From Calcarisporiella thermophila CBS 279.70 (lineage: Eukaryota; Fungi; Calcarisporiellomycota), in the NCBI RefSeq assembly GCF_041956535.1, contig NW_027192199.1, positions 124,001 to 188,000 of the forward strand: 64,000 bases of DNA. The letters run 5' to 3'. The position numbers and the translations under genes are program-made. The first letter of the stretch is position 1. Each line of letters starts with the position of its first letter. Shown one piece after another: positions 54,647 to 64,000 of the stretch. The notes beneath the pieces were generated by a model. The model was given only the letters and a program-made list of their open reading frames with translations, did not search any database and was not told the origin of the DNA.

Positions 54647-56437
54647 TCAAGCGCCCTCCAGTAGCTCTCCGATGACCTCACACAGTTTCCTTCTCAACCC
54701 CTTCACAATTCCAATTTTGTCCGGCTCCAAGCAACCAAGCTCCCTGGTGGTGTCACGCAGCTGCCCGACAACCCAAGTCCGCACACCACCCTCGATTCTC
54801 ACCAGTCGACGTAGTAGCCAGCAAGCTGCGTCAGCCGTTTCTCCGGGATGATACTCGCACCAATTCTGCGCCCTCGCCCCTCTGACAACGAAGCTTAACA
54901 CCACTCTACCGGTTTTCAAGCACTCTTTAAACGCCAGCGCCCTGAGTTTCTGCACCGCTGGCGTGACCAACCTCTCAGGCGCAACCTGTGCATCTAGAAA
55001 ATGTACGTACATATTGCCCCAGCAGAGCCAAAAGTGTGCTTCGGTTCTAAGCGCTATGCAATTGACTTGGTTCTCGGGACGGGGAGGGCATTCATTGGCA
55101 ATGGCATTAAGCGCATCCATGGTTTCGCGTTGGAGAGTCAGAGCAAGTCTGAGCAGAGTATCCAGAAGGGCATCATCGGGGAGCGTCCAGTCGATTTCGG
55201 GGGTATAAGCGAGCTTGATAAAGGTATCGATACAATGATAAAAATCCTTCTAAAGGCGCGCAAACAAAAAGGGATCTGAGATCAATACAATCATCCATCT
55301 GTTGGGACTTTGAATAGGATATCGCATTTTACCAGGTAAATGCGCAAGTGGCTCCCCTCGCCGGGTAAGAGTTTCGGTCGTGGCATACGCGCCAGCTCAT
55401 CGGTGTACACGGTTAATTTCGTTCCGCATAGGACTGCCGAGGTCACATCAGCAAGACACAATCCCAACCTATTAATAAAAGGCAGCCATCCAGTTAGAGC
55501 CAGTGCTGTCCCTCGCCCCCTCCCCCTCCAAGCAGAGATGCTATTACCAGATGCGGTTCCGGAATTCTTTTTCCTCGATATCTGTCCCTTCATCTTTTCT
55601 GTCGAGTTCGGCCACTCTTGCTAACACGATGGCATGGCGTAGCCAAGTGTAAGCGACTTCTAAGTGCCCTTTCATCTTTGAAAACAAATGCAGGTTGAGA
55701 CTGGCCACAATATTTTCTATCCCATTGTCATCAAACATGTCCTCCAATGAAGCCTTGGCATGCTCGTAGAAGTAATCGGCGAGCCAAATCAGATGCTGCT
55801 GAAAGGGGTTGGAATGGCACACGAGGGTATGCTTCGCGGCCCACGCAAGCGCAGAGTACAGAAACGGCGTCGAGAGCTCATTTGAATAATATTTCTCGAG
55901 AAGACGCGTGCGAATCGTGGGTGGAATAGGAGGCAGCCCAGAAAAGCAATCGCTGGCATAGATTAAGAAGAGGTGGTTCATGACCTTCCGCTTGAAGCTT
56001 GGGAATTTGTCGAGCTCCTTCATCTTTTCCGGAATAAGCTCAATTTCACAATATCGGCTGTGTTGCTGGAGAAAGAGTGTGCAGCGCTGATCGGGGTCGC
56101 GCGGGGGAGATTGTGGAGACGAGAAAGATTCGGGAAGTCTTGTATGATCTTTCTCGAATACAAAATGAGAGCACAGAAGGCGGTGAAGATCCCCCAGGGT
56201 GTTTAAGCGAAGCTGAAAAAGGAGGCCTTGTGGTGACATGCATAGGCGCCAATCGACCGCTTTCTGCTTCAATAATTGCTGTTGCGACGCTGGACAGGCG
56301 CGTTTGCGTAGACTATTTGGCCTATTATCTGATGACGAATGATCTTGCGGGAAACATGACGAAGAGGCGTCTCCGAATGATAAACAATTGTTTGGATCGA
56401 ACGATAAGTCTATCTCTGATTGATTATTGCAGCTCAT
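54647..56437 (-). CDS. Fungal TF MHR protein without Zn2Cys6 domain, paralog 4 (3 exons)
   Basis: WRLCMSPQGLLFQLRLNTLGDL; FLYSALAWAA...FYEHAK..LEDMFD...EFRNRIW; PRPKLLPGE exon. Confidence 0.72.
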
Positions 56438-57045
56438 TCGAGAAAAGAATGATAGCAATTTGACGGTAGATTCCACCTAGACCTTGGCTGAAAGTGGAAA
56501 TAGGACCGTTCAATCGCATTGTGGCTCAACTATTCATCATCTAAGGCAAATCGAAAATCTCCCGTGGTCCAATTGGGACTTAATCAGTTCGTAGGTCGCC
56601 TCGGCCTATTCTTTTGGCTATTGAATCTTTCGAGCTCACGGTTAAGTGAGATCGGAGAGGAGAGGTGCTGACGCCTAAGACACGCGGTTTTCGAGGTGTC
56701 CAAGCGTAGCGTTCAATTCATACTGCCTTTTCAACTTAACCACCCGTCTTCTCACTACCTATCTTTGCGTTCCTAAATATTTCGTACAGACGAATCTCTA
56801 TCGCTTTGCAGCTATGAGCACTTTCTCATCAGCCTTGTCCCGCATTCATCTTAGTCCTCAAGTTCAGTTCGACACAAGCTCTGGGCAACCCCTCCTCGAC
56901 CGGTTGAACATGCACCTCTCTCCTGGCCTTATAGAACAGGATGCCGGGTGCAATTTTCAGGAGAAATCCAGCTTTCCTAATTTAGCCATTTATTTTGTGA
57001 TTCTTTCGTCAGCGCAAGTTATACATTGCCATCTGTCGTTGTATA

Positions 57046-57626
57046 ATGTGGGAAAACCTCAACTGGACTGTTGTCATCTCCACTCTTGGCGTAGTGGCTC
57101 TAGCCTCCTCTTATTTTCTTAGCAAGCCAACTTCATCCTCGGCGCCTTCTCCTGGCTCCCCGACAGTCGATCCGCCCAAAGACCAAGAATTCACTCCCTC
57201 CGAGCTCTCAAAATACAACGGCACCGATAAAAGCTTGCCTATTTACGTTGCGATCAAGGGGACCGTGTTTGATGTGAGCAAGAGCGGAAGCTATGGGCCG
57301 GGCGGAAGCTACCACTGCTTCGCAGGGCGCGATGCATCACGGGTAAATAGAATCGAGACATTGTCCGCCTCTAGATGTTTGATTTATAACATGGCATTCA
57401 TGGGTTTACAGGCACTAGGGATGAGTTCGCTGAAGCCAGAGGATTGTGTTGCGGACTACAGCAACTTGGATGAGAAACAGGTAAGGGTTCTTTTATTCCT
57501 CTCCTCTTCCCCTGTTCCCGCTTGTTCCATTTTACTAACCAATTTGAATACCAGCTCAAGGTCCTGGATGACTGGTACAAGTTCTTTGCCAAGAGATACA
57601 GTGTCGTCGGAAAGGTGGTCAATTAA
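57046..57626 (+). CDS. Membrane-associated progesterone receptor family heme-binding protein (cytochrome b5-like, Dap1/MAPR), 3 exons
   Basis: N-terminal TM; FTPSELSKYNG...IYVAIKGTVFDVS...YGPGGSYHCFAGRDASR-ALG...LDDWYKFF.KRY.VVG. Confidence 0.92.
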
Positions 57627-57729
57627 ATATGGATATTATTGAACTTGGAAAGAGAGTGACAAATAAATATGGAGAAGAAAGAAATAGCCGCAGAGAATAC
57701 CAATTAAAAGTGCCTATAAATATCGTATC

Positions 57730-58850
57730 TCATCTCTCATAATACATGGACGACTTGCGCCTGACCTTGGGCCGGCCGGTCTGGGGCTCCGCATACTTGT
57801 CCTAGATGGAGGGAGTCGGGGTCAGCTCTCTCCAGTCTCTTTGCACACAAAGCATCGCCAACTTACCAGACAATATTTGGGCAGAACTCCTCTCAGCCCT
57901 CCTTGCGTCAGATTGACGCCCTGGATCCAGCCATCGTCAAATTCCATCAAAACTTTGATCTCGTCGCCGAACTTGATCTCCATCTCATCCTGTAGCATCG
58001 GCGTATAGCCCGCCACCACCCTGTATATCTTCTCCTCGCGACTAGTGTCCTTGCTTACCGGCGCAAACGTGGAAATGTTGCCGAACTCGGCGGCTGATCG
58101 GTCGATAAGAGCGGCAGTAATCGCCTGGCGCCGACGGTATCGCGCGTAGAATATAAATGCCACAATAAGCAGAAGGGCCCCGCCGATCACGGCGAGGCCG
58201 ATGATCATGGGCTTGGAGACTTCCGTGTAAACATTGGCTCCGGTGGGGGTGCTGACGCTCTCGGCCGCGGCCGTGGACCTTGCGGCCGCAGAGGAGAGAG
58301 GAGAGGTGGAGGAGGGGGGGGGCGGGAACTCTAGACGATGGCGGGGATGTGGAGGCGAGTGAGGGAAGAGGGCTGGATGTGGAGGATGCGTTTAGCGTGG
58401 CAGGCGCGGCGGTTTGCGCCGGCGGCGTCGAGACGGGCTGAATGGGCGGGTCACCTGTTAGGAAAGCATGAGCGTTAGTGAGCATCCACGCGATGCACGT
58501 GCATGCTAAATCCTCATACCGCGATTCTGCGCCGGCGCTTGCTTCTGGGGAGGGGGATTCTTTTGCGGAATCTTTGGCTTTGGTGGATTGTTAGCGCCAC
58601 CGCCCGGCTTGTTCTGTGGATCTGGTGGCCCGGCGTTGGCCGGCTTTCCAGGGCCGTTGGGATTCTTCTTTGGAATCGGATCGGGAGCGTTCCCCCTAGG
58701 GGGAGGCTGCTTGATGGGAGCCTTGGTGTCATCGATGGGAGGGGGCGCCCGACGCAGCCGCTTGCGTTTGAGAGTGCGGGGATGGGGGGAGAATGCGGTG
58801 ACGATGGAGAAGGAAAGGAAGGGGAGGGGCGCGAGCGTCCGCCAGTGCAT
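57730..58850 (-). CDS. Type I membrane protein: signal peptide, Pro/Ser/Thr-rich ectodomain, TM, cytoplasmic SH3 (Fus1-like architecture); apparent frameshift in a C9 run
   Basis: TM IIGLAVIGGALLLIVAFIFY-RRR; SH3 YRVVAGYTPMLQDEMEIKFGD...FDDGW..G......GVLPKYCL. Confidence 0.75.
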
Positions 58851-59600
58851 GGTGGGGTGGGGGCAGCGAGGGTATAGTCGGGGAGAAGCGGGGAAAGAGA
58901 AGGGAGAGGGGGGCGCACCTTGCGGGTGGGCAACTTGTACCTTGTAGTGAAACTCTTGAGTTCCTAGCGAAAGAAATAAATGAAGAAAGTTGATGAGCTC
59001 AGTTGTTTTTCGTGTTCCGGTTTGGAATGAAATAATTAGAGCATGCGGCCAATCGCTGTCGCCCGATGGAAATTAAAGTTGCCATGCCCAGTGCAGCGAA
59101 TCGTCGTACGGTGGGACCACGCCTCCGGGCTTGTTTTGAAAAAAGGGACGATTCAAGCTCGAGCGGCCACGCACAGTGGGCCACCGGTGGACAGCCGCAG
59201 GCAGGGCGGGGACCGGGCGCTCCCCCAGGGAGTTCGGCTCGAGGGCCCCGTGCGCCAGATCAAGCGAGTACACCGGCCGAGAGATTCAGGCCCTAGAGGA
59301 AGAGGCCCTTCCATTAGATAAGGATCGGGCCACAGCTGAGGGCCTGAGGTGATTTGCCGATTAGCCAATATGGACGTAATGATATGAGTTTTTTTTTATC
59401 ATTCATAATTGAAAGCGCGGAGGTATTAGATAGAAAAAAAAGAGACAGACATATAAATAAATTCCCCTTCACCCACAAGAGCGCAAAAGAAGCCATCTCG
59501 CGACAGACATACTTGTACGGATGGATGGATGTGTGCATTTATATATTATATCGATATGAGCAACCACAAGTATTGTACCAGTGGCCTCTAACGTACAAGT

Positions 59601-62600
59601 CTACATATCCCACCCCTCTACTCGAAAGGTCTCCACATAGTTCAAGAATCGAGTGACCAGTTTGAAGGCGTAGGGGGGCACGTTCATCGAAATCAGCACA
59701 TTCTGCACCTTGGACAGCCCATGTCTCCGCACCAGCTGGTTGAGCGACTTTCCTATCAAGGTGGGGTATACCATCTCGTCGTACCACCGATCGTTGAAAA
59801 CGGCAAGCTTCACGACCGCTTGCAGAGCTCGCAGGGTGTCACCCTCCTCGGCATACAGCTCCAGGAGCTTAGACCAAGCACTTGAGGAGAACTTGTGCTC
59901 AAGACATCGCTGGAATGCTTCCTTTGCTTCCGACTAAGTGGAGAAAAAATAGACGTGCACATATACACATAAGCATGGGGTAAGCAATCGAAAGATTTCG
60001 CGCAAGGATGACTTACTTTGTGGTGAAGTCTTAGTGCCAGATCGCCCAATATCTCCCATTCGCTGCCTGTCTTACGGTAGGTCACATGCTGTGCCTTGTA
60101 GTGGTTCATTTCGGCACGCCAAACCGTGAAAACACGGAGATCCTAGGGGGCACGGGTCACATCAGTGTACGGTGGTCATATAGGTATGCAGCTGATTCAA
60201 CTCACCTCGTAAAGCACCATGAAGAGATTGTCTAGCCATCGCTCGCACAATCGTTTGTTCGCAAGCGACATGCCATTGCTGTGAGTTTTCTGCGTGGCGG
60301 CTTCGTTCTCCTTCCTCGTGGCCTCCTCTTTGTTTCTGTCCCTGGATTCCGCAGGACTAGCCTCCGCTTCATTGATGGCACCTCCTTCGCCTCTCTCTGC
60401 AGGTTCAGTCTCTTTTTCCTTCCCATTACTCTCTTTTGCACCGTCGTTCTCTTCAGGCTGCGCCCTCGCATTCTCTTTTGCTTCTCCATTCTGTCGTGCC
60501 TCTGTTCTCGCTTCCTGAGGCGCATCGGTATGACTTTGCTGCTCTCTTTCTCGATCCGATTCGGTGGATATTTTTATGGTGGGAATGCTCGGCTTCTCAA
60601 CCATCAGTTTTTTCCCCGCATCGACTTCTTTTTCGAGGCTTGCCTTCCATTCCTCGTGGGCAGCTTCCCGCTGCGCTCTATACTCCTCCTCCATTACGAA
60701 GACGGTCGACCGATATTTCAATAGTTCGTCCCACCCGACCTTGTCCACCAGCCGCGTCAAAATAGAGTAGGCCTTCGCGAACGTTCCTCTCAATGAAGGG
60801 GCCGGTAGCCGCAACAGGGTTGCGTCGGCATCGTTACGAACGCTATCCTCCTCCAAAATGCCGGTAGCGTATATGTCCTGTTTGACGGGGAAAGAGGTTT
60901 TCGAGGTGGGCGGCATGCGGTGGAAATCGCGGTCATTGAAGGTAAACATGGGGCAGGAGTTCAGAGTTAATAGGGCCTACAAATTTGGGATTGACGCACA
61001 GAAAGCGATAGTCAGGGTTAAAGCGACTCAAAGAATAAGTCTGAATAGAAACTCAAAGGGTACCGAGTCATATTGTCCCATATCTATATAAACTTCCGTC
61101 AATTTAGCCCAAGTAACAAATTCTGATGGCGCGCAATCGACCGCCCGTTTGGCCAACTTCAGGGCCAGGTCCAATTGACCCTAATTACGTAAAAAAAAAA
61201 TAAATATCGGTTGTGGTTCCGACGAGGGGGCGATATTCCAACCTTATCTCTCAAAAAATCAGCCTGGAAGTGCAACAGAGGGTAACTGCTGGGGATCATC
61301 TTGAGCGCTTTGTGCGCAACATGGATTGCCTTGACCTCTTCGTCTGAAAATAAGGGTGAGAAAAAATTAGCCCACAAAAAGGCGCATTATAATACAATGC
61401 CTCATCGACACCTACCGGTTCGCAAATAAGCCTGTGCCAATAGGGCTGCAATCTCTGGATCTGTTTCCATAGCCTTCTCGAACACTTTCACGGCCTTGTC
61501 TAATCTGAACGCGTCGCCGAAATACTTGAAAATTCCCGCGACCAGATAGTTATTCACCGGTGTGGCAACGTGAATTTCAGGCTCACTTCCCACTTTTTCT
61601 GCTTGGAAAAACAGTTCCGAAGCCGCCTCGAGAAACCGGTTCTCTTGGTCGATATTTTGTATTGGGTCCAGTTTTCGGAGGCCCTGGGTGCGATGTTGTC
61701 GGTCGTCGCTGTAGAGGAAAGAGCGTAGGAGGGCGGACATATAGGTTTCTTGCCAGATATCAGGTGTGGTTGGGTGTCTACATATAGAACCCCAATAGTC
61801 GGGTGGATAAATATTACAAAAATATAAGCTTGCGAAATCGCTTACCTTTCGCCTCGCAAATCAATATAATAGCTCTCGACGCCACCAGGAATTTTCACCT
61901 CGACGCGAACATCGACACGAGAAAACGCATTGAAACAGCTACATTCCCAACAAAAAGAGTTCAGCCCGTCTCCTTTCAAATAGGCTAGCATTTTTTTTCT
62001 GACCAGTAGACGCCGGAGCGGATACGCCATCCTGTGGATTTCGCAAACCACGAAGCAGGCTCATCCTATATCAACCCGTGCACATTGAGTCGCCATGCAG
62101 AGACGATGGAGAGTAATCGGACAAAAACATACCACAGCATAGGTTAATGAGTTTAAATAGGCAGCTAACGACGCGGATGATGAGGCATCAACGCCATACA
62201 CATAATGGTAGGAGCCCACCTATTCAGTAAGTGCCATATATGTCTATAACATATGAACCAACTCTTATAATAGATTTCAATACCTCTTTCACAGGTGGTC
62301 TTGAATTAATCTTGGTAATATGGCAAAGATCGGGCGGTCCCAGCTCGTGAAAATTGGCTGCCAGTGGAGGCATTAAAAGAATTATTAGAAAATTTTAGAT
62401 CCTTTGTGAATTTCCAACATGGTAGATTAAAGAATTGGATGTAAGATGAAAAGCCATAGACACACCAATTTTGTCCTTTAATTATACCTCCAAAAAAAAA
62501 CGGTATATAAAAAATTGGGATCGGCTAAGAAAATTTAATTACCAAGTATTTCAGTGCGCGAAGCTAAGGACTCTCCCAAGGTTGTCTCGAAAAATTCAGG

Positions 62601-62624
62601 GACCGTTTTGAGAGTATCCGCCAT
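59601..62624 (-). CDS. Exomer cargo adaptor, ChAP family (Bch1/Bud7/Chs6-like), multi-exon
   Basis: ELGPPDLCH, GVDASSSASLAAY, CWECSCFNAFSRVDVRVEVKIPGGV, LNSCPMFT, VGWDELL..RS.VF.MEEE, KRLCERWLDNLFMVLYE. Confidence 0.92.
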
Positions 62625-63503
62625 CTTTTTGGTCACTTTCTACGGATTTTTGTCGGATGGATGCTTTTGCCTGGCCTCACAGTGAACTTGAAGAGGGGCA
62701 AGATGGATGGAAGCGATGAATTGGACGCGTTATTACTGAGCATTTTCGGGAAATCCTCGGAGTTTAAGCCACGATGTTCCCTAGTAACCTAACCTTAACT
62801 CTATGGGCTGAACCAGAGTAGAAAGCGGCTCAGGTCGAGATGCCTAGGATATTCGAGAGAATTGACAATTGAGTTGAGGCTGAATTGAAGAACTGGCACG
62901 CGTATAACGGATCATCAGCTCTATTGAAATCCTGCTTGCGCAGTCCTCGGATAAACTCGTCCCTGGCGCACCAACCCTTACTTTCAAAGCGTATTAGCTC
63001 CTTGCGTAGTTATTAAAAATATTTCAAGGCAATCTCAAGATACATCAACTCCTATTGCTGGCTGATCCAGGTCCATAGTAGCTCTATAAATATGCATTAG
63101 AACACACAGTGGGCTGATCGTTATTGCAAAACAAGTTTTTGGCAAAAGAGTTTGTTTGTGCATATACGTGAGTGTGCCAGTTGCTGGAAATCGTGTTCCA
63201 TATTTTCCTTTACGCTTCAGGCGGAAAATAACAGAATCTCGACTAAAACACTTGTCCATTCAGTTCCATTAGCCTAGAGCAACCATGAGCAAATGAATTC
63301 CGTAAACACGAGTGCACAAATGGAATGGCTGGGCGTTTGCTGGCGTTTGTATAAAGAAGCGGCCCCATACGGCCTATGCACATTTCTTTCCGGCCCATCT
63401 AAGCTGGTGCTGGGGCATATCGCTCCAGTTTGAAACAGTTTCCTCCGCGCTATATAATCCAATTCAATTTCTATATTAAGACATCGAATTTCTGATATAG
63501 GAA

Positions 63504-64000
63504 ATGCCAATTTCATGTCTGGGCAGTGGACTCTTGAATAAGGGCCTGCCGTCTTTTTCTTGTGATCCGACTCGATGTTTTGGCATGTCCATGAATTCCA
63601 ACAGCTTTACTGACAGTGGTTCGCGGACCAAGCGGCTTGTATCCAAGGCTGATTCGCAAAGATCCATCGATCGATCCCTCTTAGCCTCTGATCAGGATTC
63701 AGCCGCAGAGATGGATGAAGCTATGTCACCCATTGAGTTTACGCCTACGTTGTTGACCCCTACAGAGGTCAAGATTGAGGAAAAGAATCCATCCAAATGC
63801 ATTGATCACAATCTTGACTGGACCTTTCTACTCACCCCGGAAGGCCTCCGATTTCAACTCAATCTCAACACATTGACCGACTTAAGACGGTTGCTCTTGG
63901 CTCATTTTGTGACTGAAAACGGCTTGAGATGCGTCACCATTCCAAACTGCACTGCGGATGCGAAACAAGAGCTGCTAGAAATTCCTCTTGCTGCACCTAG
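63504..64000 (+). CDS. 5' part of a fifth paralog of the Zn-cluster-less MHR family (runs off window)
   Basis: Open frame from ATG 63504 (or 63585) containing WTFLLTPEGLRFQLNLNTLTDLRRLLLAHFVTEN; TATATAA at 63451. Confidence 0.7.
   Translation, partial: MPISCLGSGLLNKGLPSFSCDPTRCFGMSMNSNSFTDSGSRTKRLVSKADSQRSIDRSLLASDQDSAAEMDEAMSPIEFTPTLLTPTEVKIEEKNPSKCIDHNLDWTFLLTPEGLRFQLNLNTLTDLRRLLLAHFVTENGLRCVTIPNCTADAKQELLEIPLAAP

Noticed and set aside
56814-57122. 102-aa ORF overlapping the MAPR start
   Set aside because: No domain features, and it is unknown whether it lies within the transcript.

Overview
Gene-dense eukaryotic window from a fungus, most likely an early-diverging (Mucoromycota-like) lineage. 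This is inferred from the many short spliceosomal introns, a class IV chitin synthase, an exomer ChAP, and LaeA-like and fungal TF-MHR proteins. The left ~46 kb is mainly housekeeping genes: RPC34, MCM5, ARP3, SNRNP40, eIF3i, cPLA2, CHORD protein, TDP1, VHS-GAT protein, Nam8-like RRM protein, SEC15, uS8, tRNA-Ala, LSM4, chitin synthase, UTP5, HAM1-like protein, methyltransferase, CDC3 and prefoldin 3. Main oddities: (1) a tandem array of four genes plus a fifth inverted copy, encoding fungal TF middle-homology-region proteins with no visible Zn2Cys6 DNA-binding domain but a shared, strongly conserved ~35-aa module and a C-terminal Cys pattern; (2) a thioredoxin-fold (WCPVC) / F-box fusion gene head-to-head with TDP1; (3) a TDP1 catalytic HxK motif on a 17-nt micro-exon next to a GC-AG intron; (4) a pseudo-tRNA or SINE-like Pol III unit and a decayed LINE-like fragment beside the tRNA; (5) several structured introns and intergenic hairpin clusters that are ncRNA candidates. 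Gene spans include introns. Splice models were read by eye and no database searches were run.
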